From Eledone cirrhosa (Eukaryota): a stretch of 64,000 bases of DNA. Where the stretch lies: assembly GCA_964016885.1 (NCBI GenBank), contig OZ024750.1:15686001-15750000 (forward strand), read 5' to 3'. Shown in pieces: positions 39,264 through 53,650 of this stretch (position 1 is its first letter; each line of letters begins with the position of its first letter). A program made the translations under genes and the position numbers. The notes beneath the pieces were generated by a model that worked only from the letters and a program-made list of their open reading frames with translations, searched no databases and was not told where the DNA came from.

Positions 39264-39432
39264 GGAGAACTGGTGATGTGTTGTACAGATGAAGAAACCT
39301 GACACACCGACAGTATAAGCGTGGCCTCACTTACCCCTACCTTATCTCCCGTGTCACCCTCCCTTCAACCAGCACACCCTAGCAGGTAAGGATAGCTGCT
39401 AGGGAGTGCTGGTTGAAGGGAGGGGGACACGG

Positions 39433-39493
<61 letters not shown>

Positions 39494-40458
39494 CTAAAAT
39501 CAGTTCCATGTATGCGAATCAAGGTCCTCTGACCCGATCTCTCACAAAGGGGCCGCCCATCCTACCCATGCTATCGTGGAAAACGGATGTTAATCGGTGA
39601 TGATGATGATGATGATAATGATTCTTATCTTCAAGAATTAAAAACAACAACAAAAACAGTTTATCATTTCACAATTCATATGGATTGTTTTTGTCCAGAA
39701 ATAGTTAAGGAGGATTAGTCAATGTTTGAATTTGTTTAGAAATTCAATTGATTATTGCAAATAAGATTGACCTGCTTATTACACCAAACTATGAATGATA
39801 ATTGGATATTTAAAACTTGTGTCACGTTCTTTTTTCACATGTGACACTCCCTGCTCTTCCTTTCTTTTAAAACATAAAAAGAAAGTATTTTTTATCATTA
39901 TCTTTCTATATAGTGAGAAAGATTTTGAAACTGTTCGATAAAGAAATAAAAAAAAATACAGATATATAAGACAAACACGAGCTTGCATAAATGTGTTTGT
40001 GAAAATCAGCCCAAGAAAAAATAGGAAGTCATGAATTGCGCTCATGTTTATAATTAGTAACCAAGTTTATTGCTTTGGAATTTCATGTGTAATTTTGAAC
40101 GTGTCTTTTTAGATTTATTTATATTTCAAATATAGTCTTGGTACTCGCTGGTTTATCCCCTCTTTTCAACCTCCCAATACACAACACACATCTAAAGTTT
40201 TTTTTTTTTAAAATTGCTATTCGGAACTTAATCATAAATACACACTGAACAGGAAGAAAATCATGCACAACTCATAATAAAAAGAATCCAATTCTTTTCG
40301 CTAATTCTACCAGTTTTCATCTTTTATCAAACAAGTTATAACAATTATACATTTTCCTTTTTAATACTTTCAACACTTCTCTTGTCAAAATGTCAAATGG
40401 ATCTGGTTCAAAGAACTCATCTGTATAATACGTGCTGATGTCTCCACTATCTAATCAT

Positions 40459-40675
40459 ATTATTTAATCCACCAGTGGTGAATTGGCAGTATCGGTAGAG
40501 GGTTGGACACCATGCTTTCCAGCATAGTTACGTCCCTTTACAGTCTGAGTTCAAATCCCGCCGAGGTTAACTTTGCCTTTCATCCTTACGGGGTCGATAA
40601 AATAAAGTACCAGTAATGTACTGGGTAATTGCTGGCCTTGTGCCAAATGTAGAAACAATTATTTAATCCACCAGT
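40459..40675 (+). mobile_element. SINE family A short variant with an 18-bp target-site duplication
   Basis: ATTATTTAATCCACCAGT at 40459-40476 and 40658-40675. Confidence 0.92.
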
Positions 40676-40867
40676 ACCACAACATATATTTATACAGTTG
40701 AACTCACAAATATAGTATTTCTTATTTGATATGGATCAGTTGTTAATGTCATATGATGAAGGAGAAACATTATGGTAAAATGGATGCAATTTCAGTAACT
40801 GAATGGTCTTATCTCAAGCCAAGAATACTAAATATTCATTTAAATTTCCAATGTAAAGTTTATTTCA

Positions 40868-41060
40868 TAGTTGTTTCTACTTTTGGCACAAGGCCAGCAA
40901 TTATCCCAGTACATTACTGGTACTTTATTTTATCGACCCCTTAAGGATGAAAGGCAAAGTTAACCTCGGCGAGATTTGAACCCAGGCCGTAAAGAGCCGT
41001 AACTCTATGCTGCAAAGCATGGCGTCTGACCCTCTACCGATACTGCCAATCCATCGCCCT
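40868..41060 (-). mobile_element. SINE family A short variant
   Basis: Shared core sequence. Confidence 0.85.
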
Positions 41061-44000
41061 TTATTTAATAATTAAACTAGAACTGATGAAAATTGTGTCT
41101 ATAGGGAAACTTTTTCAGTTTCTTACAAATTAAATTGCAAGATATCTGTTAATCTTTTTTCTTTTGGTGAAAAATAAACATTTGAATCATTTTGATGTAT
41201 GTTTAGTTCTCTTGTTTCATGTATTGCCTTTCCAAGGCGTGCTTTAAACTTGTGAATATACAAATAATCTTTATTGCATAAAATCAAACATCCGTGTTCT
41301 GCTATAGATGTTGCATTATATCATTAGAAAAGGCACTTAAAATTATTTGCTCTTGTTTCCTGTAAAGTTAAACCAGCATTTGACTAGCTATCGCCCCCCC
41401 CCCCCCCCCAATGTCATGGAGGAAGTTAGAGAATCGTTGTATTGTGTCTCTCTAAAAAATATAGATTTAATTTAATTATTATATAATTAAAACCTAAAGA
41501 GGGCAACAGATTAAAGACAATCTACAAATATGAAGTTTAGATGACTGAGATCTCGAAATATACCACACATTTATAATATAGATAGGTAATATTTTTGATG
41601 AAATATGAGGTCCCTCTTGGAAACAAGACTGAATTAATTAACACCATGACAACAAAATTGTCACATTTTGGTTGCATTTGAAATCAGAGCTGTCTGTTAT
41701 TGCCATACCAGTAATAGGTGTAGATCGTTGGTTGTTTTTTCATAGTTTAGAAGGACATCAGTGATTTAACGCTTCCTTGATCTAAGTCTGGTGAATGAGG
41801 TTAAATGTAGGTGTAAGGTTTACGTTTGCTTCAGTTCGTGATTGGCTTTGGTTTTATCTGAGTGTATTTACATTCAAGTACAGACAATTTAAAGTCTCAG
41901 TTATATATATATAACCTTAGCAACCCTCCATATGCATCACATTTTTAAAGTCAGCATTGTAGACTACAAAATAATTTGTCAGTTTCTAGTTGATTGGCAC
42001 CAAATATGTATGTATATTCTGCGTAAAACATATATAAACTCACTGTTCTTCAGCCCATTGAAGATCAGTGGTAAAAAAAGATTAGATCTATGCTATTATT
42101 GTTTTATGTATAGGCAACAAAATGCATTAGTAGTGTGTCTATGGTTTAAAGCCTTAGGCAAATAGCAAGAACCCAATCTCATGCCTACATTGTCATGGAA
42201 ACTCATATCATGGTGGTCCAGAGACCAGTATCTTATTTACATGGTCATTTCATACCACTAAAGGATTTTCATATATTGATAGTAACATTACTCTGTAGAG
42301 TTACACCAACGTAGATATGCGCTCTACTGTATCATGCAAGCTCATTGCCCCAATATTTTAGTAATACTTTATTTTATTGATCCCTCAAGGATGAAAGGCA
42401 AAGTTGACTTCGGTGGGATTTGAACACAGAAAGGCATTTGTATGATATTCTAATGACTCTACAAAGTCACCATTCTCATAAATATGCATAATGACCTTTC
42501 TTGTATAATACTATTGACCGAACTGAATTTAGCCTAAGCATTAAAAATCAAATATAGGTTATATAGAGTGGTACAATCAGGTTAGTGTATTTATATATCA
42601 CGTGAATGTATTTTCTTCTTCTTCCTACAATCAAGTGCATACTAAATATAATTGTATTGTATACTACAAAGACTGGTTTGGAAGTCGTCAAACACGTGCG
42701 AACAACTTTCTTTGAAATTGAATAGCTAATTATCAAAAGTAAGATGAAAGATATATGTGTATATATATGTATATTAAAATAGATCATAGAAAAAAAAATT
42801 CTATTTAAATATAGTTAATATGAATCATTTTAAAAGTTTTTCCTTGATATAACTTTTCTTAAAGGAAAAACACTAAAACTGAAATATCTATAAATATAAC
42901 ATTTTTATTATATTAAATTGGAACGTATTTGGTCGACTTTGTTAAACTTGACCCTAGCAGGATTCGAAATCAGAATATAAGGATTTGAAAAACACCAGGA
43001 CTACTGACAGAAGAAAAAATATTGAGTATCAATATATTCTAAAATACCAAGAATTAGTGTTGTTCGAGACGTTTGGGGGAGCTGGGCCGCTGACAACGAA
43101 CTACTTGTCATTGTTGGTGACTCGCTTTATCGATGTGTCAAGTTATGCCCGTGAGGGTGCTTGGCTGTTCCAGCCTTAGCCTCACTATCACCCGCGGTAA
43201 TACTGTCAGTGTTGGCTTGCCTCAAAAATTATTAGAGAGAGGCTCCAGCGCCCCTTGCTGTAAGGGGAATTCCTCACTTTTCTCCATTTGACAATCATCG
43301 TTTTTATTTTCTTTATTTTTCGAATAAATATAATATGAATATAAAAACAAGCAAAAAAAAAAAAAAAAAGAAAGGAGGTGGGTATTTTTTACAAGATGTA
43401 AAAGGAATCGCACTTAAGAGCTTAATATGCAATCAATTCAGGAGAAATTAGAAATCAAATTTAGACAAAGCTGCGACGATAAAAAAACAAACAAAACGAT
43501 TCTAGCACAAGACAAACGATGACTTTTTGATAGCTAACTCCATTGCATAATACAAAACTAAACAATACACGCGTGGGTGTTTTATGAACACGAGTATGTA
43601 AAAGTGTGTATAAGAGACATAAGCATAGAAAAGACGGTTAATCTATGTTTGTATTAGTCAATATGAAAAAATAATTATGCGTAAAAGAATGGCTAGTATC
43701 GTTAGATTATAATATATTTTCTTTTGTTCTGAATTTATATTTCAATGTGGAATTTTTATCTAATCAAGCCTTGTATATATATGTTATTTGTGTGTATATT
43801 TTCATTCTATAAGAATTATAAACAGATTGTGAATAAAAGTATTTAGCAGCAGTCGACAGAAATACAGATAAGCAAAACAGAATTATCGCCCTTCAGCTCT
43901 AGCCTGGGAAATCACATGACCTATACTACACCAACACATTATTTGTGTTCACGTGTCGGGGAAGATCACGTGTCTGACCGATATAACAGTTTCTGCAGAG

Positions 44001-46394
44001 GCAACAGTAGCCCTATCTCCTCCTATATACCAACTTTTCAGTAAGCTCATATCATGATTTTCATCATACTAAGTATCTAACCGAGAATAATAGAAACGGA
44101 AGCATACTCGTCTACTTTCTTGTTGTTCTTGTATTTAAGCAATCTAACACTGCTAAATATAATTTAGGGCGTATGTTTTTTAGTTTGCTAACATAACTGA
44201 CTTTCTTAAGTTCACTGACACTGTAAAAATACTTACTGCTGCTACTATTTTACATTACAATTATTATGTTTATTTCTACTAACAGTTGCAATTTATTTTG
44301 CAGTAGTGCTAAACAAGATAGCTTCCACACCTCCCACAATATACGTTTTGGCATTAGGAGGTAACTAACTAGTGTGTCGAATGTTCTAAAAACTGAATAC
44401 TGGGGGGATATTTCTTCCGTCATATTTTAATGATATTTATCTATAATCTAACTATTGATATTTAACTTAAACTAGCTCAGCTAGAAATATGTTTTTCACC
44501 ATTATGATGTTGTGAAATAACTTTACATCTGCATCCTTTCTCACACTATCTCTAATTCCTTGTATACATCCATTTCATGTGCGTAGACATATACACAACT
44601 TCTCTCTTTTTATACTGATAAATAAAATTTAAAATGTCGATTTAGGTACATACTCATTTCCCTACACTATTTTGTTTGGTGTCAAAATCTGAAGGGCTAT
44701 ATACATACTTTATGAAACATTAAGGTTTTTGAACCACAAACAATCATGGAAAAAAATTACAACGGACATCACATTTTGCCTCAAATATAAAACTACTTAT
44801 AACGAGAATTAACTCTTCTCGAAGAGTTAATCCCGTTCATTACAAATAAAAATTAAATTAAACATAACAATTTCTCTTTAGCTCCCTAAATCTCCATCTT
44901 TTATGATCACGTAATAAACAAGACTCTTGTTTTCGTGACACAACCATCACATACTGTATTTTTATTTGATCATTACTATATAGTCAACTTAAGAATAACG
45001 TATTTTATTTTGATGCATTTTGGTAAAGTCTAGTCGAGCATCATAAACACCTCCCTATTCACTTTATTTACATTAGATATGTTCATTTAAATTGACGTTA
45101 TCTATTTCCTTAGATAAATCCGTTTAATATTGTAAACAGAAATCAGTATTTTTAAAAAGGAATACGGATTTGAAAAAGATTTTCAGTTTGTTAGTGCAGC
45201 ACAGCCATAGAATAAAGTTTTAAAATATTCTTTATTCTTTCTCTCTCAATGTGGAGTTAAAAATTCCGAATAGCTATACGCGATTATATTGCATTGTAAA
45301 TATATGTCGAATGGATACAGCAAATTTTTGGAGTAATTTTACATAAGATTAATAGGAAGTCAACAGCCTAAAAGAAATAACGTGGGCGGTGGTTAGATAA
45401 AGTCAAGAGAGGTAGTGGGGAATACATTGATAGCGTTGGAGAACTGCCTCGGTACTCGTGATAGATGTAATCGGATGTATAGATAGAGGAGGTAATTGAG
45501 AGAATATATGTATGCAGAAAGTTGGTCGCCCAAAATAGCAGTAAACAAAAGCAGGGGGAGATCACTGTCAGGGACATCACGTGTTGTCGAACGTGAATAA
45601 TTTTTAACCTTGACATTGAAGCAATATACACAAAAATGCATTAAGTCCGGCCCCCACTTAATTAAATTGATTTCTGCTTTGCTCGTCAGCAGAACGCTTT
45701 TAGCTGCATACGTCTGTCTTGTAGACTTTTATTTCTGGTTTACTAGCTTCTATTAAAATGACCGACTAAATTCTATTTTACCGACTGCAACTAGTTTTTA
45801 GTTATGATGCCAAACAAACTAAATATTCTCCATTCACAGTTTCCTTAGCAAATAACGATGTGTGTATGTATGTGTATATGTGCATGCATATGTTTGTATA
45901 TGTGCATGTGTGTGTGTATACATATGTATAGATGTGTGTGTATCATCATCATCATCGTTTAACGTCTATCTTCCGCGCTAGCATGGGTTTATATGTATGT
46001 ATATATATATGTATATAATCTGTATATCTGTACATAGAATAAAACAAAATACACATAAGAGAAAAGTACATATAGTAAAGGGAGTGGTAGGAATGTGTAA
46101 ATTGTGCTGAGGTAATAGGTTGTGTCTGTTAATATGAGTTGGGTTGGCCTAGATGGAGAAGCAACTGTATGAATCATATACAGTTACTCAATAACAGCAA
46201 CACATATACCTATACATATATATCTTCCTCGTAGTTTAATGTCTATCTTCCATGGGTTAGATGGGTTGTCACATTATGAGACAAGTCAGGCCAGGTGATC
46301 ACATCTTGTTCATACGGATTTGTATTTTGGTTTGGTTTCTATAGCTGGATGTTCTTTCTAATGCCAACCACGTTACTGTATGGACGGTGTTTTT

Positions 46395-46640
46395 TTTATT
46401 GTGGCACCAAAACGACCATCTATCAGAGTGGAGTAGGTACTTTTTTTATTGTGTCACCAGCACAACCACCTTAACAAGATGGACTGGGTGCTTCTTGTCG
46501 TATCACCAGCACTACCATCTTACAAGATGGACTGGGTGCTTTTTGTCATGTCACCAGCACGACCATCTTACAGGATAGACTGGTTGCCTTTTTCTCATGC
46601 CACCAGCATGACCACTTTACTGGGTTGTCTGGGTGCTTGT
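46395..46640. repeat. Degenerate tandem repeat of about 50 bp, 4-5 copies
   Basis: CACCAGCAC.ACCA.CTTACAAGATGGACTGGGTGCTT repeats. Confidence 0.8.
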
Positions 46641-47023
46641 GTTATTACAGTACCAGATCACCATTCAGAGTGGAGACTAAGTGCTTTTTGGTTGTGGCAG
46701 CAGTATTGTGAAAGAGCAAATGTGGAAATGTGTCCAGCAACCATACTAGTATACATGGGTTGGACATGATAGGTTAGGTGTATCGGGAGTGTGGAAGGTA
46801 CAGAGAACAAATATACAAGCTGGACATGGGCGAGGTGAGCAACATATTTAGTTGGTGTGTAGTGGTGGGGTGAATAGGGGAGTGGGGGGGGAGAAGATTT
46901 GTGCAAACTAGTGTCCTCTACATGTTTATTTCTTCCTGTGCACATAGGATGGCAGGTCTTCTGTAGTATAGTATAACACCAGAGATTTTGATCCCGTGTC
47001 ATCTCCTTTGAGATGTTTAATGG

Positions 47024-47065
<42 letters not shown>

Positions 47066-47215
47066 TTACATATATATGTATGTATATATACACGTACACA
47101 CACATTATATATATATATATATATGTATATACACACATACACACACATTATATATATATATATATATGTATATACACACATACACACACATATATATATA
47201 CACATACACACACAT

Positions 47216-47246
<31 letters not shown>

Positions 47247-48224
47247 TTATGTGTATATATACACATACACATTTGTATACACAGCTCTATTTTTAGGTGT
47301 GTAAACATGAGATTTGCTTTCATTTAAAAATTATAATCAATTTAATTCGATTATAATGGTCATAGTTGGTAAAGGTCAATGTGAAGGGGAAGAGATGATA
47401 TAAACTATTATACTTAATTCTATTGATAATCTCTAAATAATCACTGAAATGTACGTCACTGATAAATAGATGTAATAAATATTTTATTTGTCATTTAACC
47501 TTTTAGCATTTAAACCGGCTGTTCAAACCGACCATAACCAGCTGCTCATACTTATGTTAAGGTATTGTTCTCAAAATAAATAATATCAAAATACACCTGG
47601 TTTGATCCAATGAACTATATTGCTTCCTTATAAAATATAGAGCCTAGGATTAATTAAAAGAAAATGTTTATTTCCCATATTCAAATAAATAGATATTCCT
47701 ACACATCATGTCATATGGAATTACATATAGGATAAAGGCCTAAAAGGTATAAATGGTAGCTTATTAATTTAGTTTCATCCTTCTGTGCTCTGAATTCAAA
47801 TCACATTAGGCTTGACTTTGCCTTTCTGCTTCCTAGGGTTGATACAAGTGCTAGTCATGCAATAACTTTAATCCCTCCTTAAAAATTTGTGACCATATAA
47901 TTGAGTGAGAACTTGTGCTTTTTAAGATAAGATAAGAGCTTTAGGAACAAAATAAATTAAGTTCCATTTATTTGGTTTACTAAGCACAATTTTGTAAGGA
48001 ATGGACTAGAGGCAATTAATTGAAGCCTCTATATTGCTGTTTATTTCACAAACATCCTCCTTCCTTCTTATGAATGAAACTCACTAAACTATGGCTATAT
48101 TTAGATACTGGATTTGTGCAGCTAGTCTGCGATGCAATAAGCCAGTTATTTACAGTTGGTAAAAATATATTGATTTCTAATTCAGACAGAAGGCCAGCAA
48201 GTTTGCAGGAAGAGCAAACATTGA

Positions 48225-48439
48225 TTAACTCTCTAGCATTTAAACTGGCCATATCCAGCCAGAATTCTCTCACCTCTTTCTGTTCAAACTGGCTGTAACC
48301 AGCCTCTCATACTGATGTTAAGGTATTGTTCTTAAAATAAATAATATCAAAATCTCATAGATTCAATATTATGTGAGATAAATCTTTACCATAAAAATAC
48401 AATAGTATATATAGAGTAATGTGAATGGTGAAGGGTTAA
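48225..48439. mobile_element. piggyBac-type TTAA MITE
   Basis: Same family with slightly decayed TIRs; a partial copy also lies at about 47495-47592. Confidence 0.85.
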
Positions 48440-51400
48440 ATTAACCTCAGTATTTAACTTATACTTTATTTTATTGACTATGGAAGGATGAAAGCAAAGT
48501 TGACCACACCAGGATTTGAATTCCGAATGGAAAAGCCAGAACAATTATCATAATGACATTTTATCTAATACTCTACTAATTCTTTTCTAAATAACATATT
48601 AAAAAACAATTTGTTGCCAGTAGTCTCTGACTGAATCATGAACAGAATATCAGCAAGAACACTATAATTGATGAATATTTTGTTAATGTGGTTCCTCGAA
48701 AGACAGAACAAAGTACTTTCCAGTGGGTTCATCACTTCATGACTTAAAAATTGGTCAAGTGTCTAAGCATCAATTGGTAAATAGTGATGAATAAAAATAG
48801 CAAAAATTAACATATTAGGTTATAAAATAATTCTAATTAAAACACCATTTTATAATACAAATTGATTGTATCCTAAATATTTTCCGTTCTGCATTAAATA
48901 TCCAAATTTAGGTCAATTGTTATTGATTTCCTGTAGATGTTTTTTTATAAATTGAAAGAAAAAGTGGTAGAGAAAGACATTTGCATGTTGGATTAATTAG
49001 TTTTATCTGATTATTTCTTTTTGCAGAGTAAATTAGAATGATTGAAACAAAATAAAAAAATAAAAAAATCCCGGACTTATGTGGGCTGGTACAATGTCTT
49101 CAGAATGATGTATTTATATTGGTATATGAAGCATAGAGACCATCTGGCTATGACAAGGGAAGAAAAGACAGTTAATTATACTTTACAAAAGCCATATTGA
49201 TAAACACTAAAGAAGAGTGAGGAGAGACAGAACAGAAAAATCAATGTTGTTAATATAAGAATTCTGATCACAGTTAAGGCAATATGTTTCTCTTGGTCTC
49301 ACTACTTTTGTTTGGTTTTTGTACACTATCAAAGCTAACATAAGCAAAATTTTCAACGAAAATATATTCATATTTCAGATTATTTTGAGATACAAATTAA
49401 TTTCAAGTTGATAACTTTAACAAGTAATGTTTTATCAGTATTTTGCAATCTTCACACATGCATATGGTTTAGAATAAGTTTACTATGATGAAAAAGACAT
49501 CTATTAATATCTGAAAATTTATTAACTAAAGTTAAGCTTTTGCATAATGCCATAGCATGTTGACTCTTCGCTTATCTCTCTACACTGTTTGTTCCTAAAC
49601 AAAAAGTACTTTGTCATAATACTTTGCTGTTATATCTCATAAATATATGTATTGACTCATAACTCTTGATGGAGATATAGTGACGTATAGCATGCCTTGA
49701 GCATTTTAAATCGAGCAGAGCCTCTCTGAACACAGTTGATTCCTTCCAGAGAAGGAGAGAGAGAAGTGAGAAAGAAATATAGGGGAAGAATTGACCTTAG
49801 TACTGAACTGGTAGTTTATTTTTAAATATTTTTTTTTACCTTGAAATGATGAAAAACAAAGCTGGCCCATAGAGAACTTGAACTCAAAAGTGCAGAGAGC
49901 TGGAACGAATACTGCAGAGCATTCTAACCGATAGTTTCACTGCCTAATCAAGAAACTATTTATTAGAGTACATACATAGGTGTCAAATATTTGAACTTTT
50001 GACTGAATTTTTTAACACCCTAAAAAATTTTCCTTATTGGATAATAAATAAAATAAAACTAATAATTCTTTTCTTCTGTTTTTCTCTTACTAAGCTTATG
50101 GTGATAACTGTTAAACATACTTATAAATATCTAAGGTTATTTATAATGTCACTATGAATGAAAGTTCTCTGAATAACTCCCAACAATTTTAGTTTCAACT
50201 AACTACACAGTAAGAAGGTTCATTGCGTAAGGTGTCTAATTGTGAACAGTATTATTTTCAGTTGAAATTCTTGTATCAGCCACACAGCAAATAAGTAGCA
50301 ATGTTTATTTGTGGTATGATGAGTAGAAATTTGGTTAGCCTACTCAACAGGTAAGACTTCTCAACTTTCAATACATCTGGTGCCAAGTTAAGGATACAAA
50401 TCACTATAATTATTCCTTCCAATTCCTGGAGCTATCAGAGCATAACAGATTGTAGATTGTTGACTGTGAGCTCTAAAAATATCACATAAACTTGATAATG
50501 ATACTGTGGTGTTACTTGCTTATTTATATAAGTTCTGTATGTTGCTTTTTATTTTAAAAACATCCGTTGAGAAACCTTAAAACATAGTATTTTTTAGAAT
50601 TTGCACAGTAATTTCAATAGTATTATGTAAGGAATTTTGTTTCACTGACATCAGCAAAGTGGAAAGATTTAGTCATATAATCTATCTATAGTATGCCAAC
50701 TGTTAGGTCATATAAATTCAATTATGTATCAACTGGCTGTTAAAGATTTTAACTTAAAATTTGCACTATGCCTATGCAATTTTGATGTCTGAAAAGAAAT
50801 TTTAACCTCAAATTTGACTTCTTTACTTTACTATTGATGTTTGTTTTGTATAACAGTAAACTGAACTTTCTTTTAAGATGAACACACGAGTTGAAAAATA
50901 ACTGATTTAAAAAATTTTTTTGTAGTCTGAAGAAGTAAAGATTTTCTTTGAGATTTTAAAGAAGATATGAGCAGGGAAGGATGTCATTGTCATCATCCTA
51001 ACCAGTTTTCCCTGTGCTTTTTTGAGTAGCCACACTACTAGACTATTAGTTTTAATTTTGTTAGTGTCTTCACTTGATACTAACATGAAAGACATCTAAA
51101 ATATTAACCTTTACAATCAACCATCTGTAACAGTTCTAAAAATCTACAGAAATAAGTGGAAATAATATGATTCATCAAGATCAAGAATTAAAATATATAA
51201 ATATGGAAAGAATAAATGACAAGCAGCTTTAATTTTCCATCAATTTGCTAAGTATAGATATAGAGTTATAACTGAATTAATGGATTCAAATTTAGATGGC
51301 CTTGTTTTATTTGTGTCCTAATCAATAGAATTTCTCCATCTACATAGAAGTACAAAATATATATTTTTTTTAAATATTAGCTTATAAAATAGGGTAAAGA

Positions 51401-53271
51401 CCCTTAGAAGAAGTTGCCATCAGCTTCTATGAGGAATCTAACCCCACATATCCCTGATATTGGCTATAGCATTTCCACGCATGAGCACATCCTTTATATT
51501 AATTTGATCTTCTCAGCACTTTGTAAGAGTCCGAGAGATCGATTTTTGTGCAGTTTAAACTGCATTTGATGTTGTCTCAGTTGAATTGGTAACTTTGCAT
51601 ACTAGGAGATAATCCAGAGTTGATTCCAGTTCACAGTTCATATTAGGTTCTGTTTTGTGAAGAACGTCGTGGATGAAGAAGGCATGATTGGAGATGACAG
51701 AGGAAAAGTGCAGTCTGTCAGTCATCCTCGCTAGATCAACTAGATTGGCTTTCCAGAGAATTGGAGCCATGGTCTTTGGAGTTATGGTCTTTAAGAATTT
51801 CACCATAGCTTACATTTATCCCCTCTGACTTAGACTAGTTAATTTTAAGTTTCAGGGCTGGGATTTTGTTTTCTTTCTTCAACTGATAGCTAAATTTCAA
51901 ATCATGAAGGATTCATTCTTGTTTAAATCAAACAATGAACAAATCAAAATGATTTAGGGATTTTTTTTTCTTTTTCAACGTACAACAAATTGGGATTATG
52001 TTGTTTAGCCCATTGATGAAACAGGCGTAAGGTCAGTTATTCTAACCATGACAGTTCGTCATTTTTCCAAACTTGTATGATGAGAAGGAGATTTGCGTAT
52101 TATTTCTAACTGTTCACAATTAGAGGAGCCAAATTTATCCAAAATATGTAATGCAAACATCCGTAAAAAATATAGGTTCTTGACTTTGAATAATGTAAGT
52201 TATCTCCCTTGATAAAGTCGTTAGTGTAAACATCCGCCATCGCCAATATATTACATAATAACTTGTGGTTTAGAATGACAACTCCTTTGTCAAGCCTTAA
52301 TATATTTGGAAGAACGGAAAAATAACTCGACCACGACGTATATATATAAAATATTTTGATTGGGAAAACGTGAATTTTGTGGGAGAGGGGGTTAAATTGA
52401 TTGAATTAATCCAATAAATCACTGACATTTACTCTGCGCCATAACAATATTTGCAAATAGAAAAGAGGTATTTTAATTGTTCTGTTAATATTTTAACAGA
52501 ATTTTATTGCCAACATACAACTATACTGATAAATATTTTAACCGCATTGTAACCGATAAGTGCACCCACACACATTTCACCTAGTTATAGTGGGACCCCA
52601 ATTTAGGAATATTTGAAACCACTATGGACAGCTTTGGCTGTGATCCAGCGTAACCACAACAATTTCAAAGCATCTAATAAAATAATAATAATAAAATAAA
52701 TAACTCCTCCTCCGCAAACTGACACACACACACACGCATACGCATTCCAAGAAGTGCAGGTTTAAATTCAGCAAGTCACTGCTGCTGCACCCAAACAATA
52801 TCAAACTGTGAAACCTATAAACAAGAAAGCTATGTGGTGGTGGTAGTAGTATGATGTGTAGGGGAGGGAGAAGTAGAAGTATGAAGTGTAGTCTGGAAGG
52901 TTTCGTGTGCCAAGTAAAATGATTAATGTTTTATTTATGAGTATTTTTAGAAAAAGCAACAAAATAGAAAGAAGCACATAATAGAAGTTAACACTAAGTT
53001 GTATAGAATAGAAGTTAACAGTTAGTGGGCTAAGTTGTATAGAATAGAAGTTAACAGTTAATGGGCTAAGTTGGTGACTTGATTGAAATCAGTTCAATTC
53101 ACCTGTCACAACATCTCAGATCTTCTATAAACCTGTGTTTATTGTACTTGGATAAAGATACTGTTACCTAATTTTAGAAAGTGTATCAAATAACAATGGC
53201 TAGATCATGGCAAACCATAAAGTAGATTATATATTGATAAACCGAATCTGCAACTCAGTTTCGATTCCTGT

Positions 53272-53650
53272 ATATACAAGTGTATCCCTTTTAAAAATGT
53301 ATACACACTTTTACAGCTCATAACTCATTAAATATTTTATTTTTGTTTCAGGTGAAATGTGACTGGGCTTCATGAAAAGGAAATTTACTCTCAAGTGCTA
53401 CTGGAGTACAAGAACATAGCTAAAGTGTGAAGACATTTTTCAAAAGGAGTTTCTAACAGATCCACTCATACAACTAACCATGAGTCACATTAGAACTAGG
53501 TTTGAAACAGAAGGAATTGTTCAAAACATCCACATTCATATGTCCCATTTAGAGTTGCTGGAAACTTACTCTTAAGAAAATCTGTTCGGTAAGTGGCTGG
53601 TGAGACAGATTTAAAATAAAGAGCACATCACATTTTAAAAGAAACATATT
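53272..53650 (+). mobile_element. Possible Tc1/mariner deletion derivative
   Basis: TATACAAGTGTATCCCTTTTAAAA start and a decayed N-terminal HTH-like frame (RKFTLKCYW...V*RHFQKEF). Confidence 0.45.
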
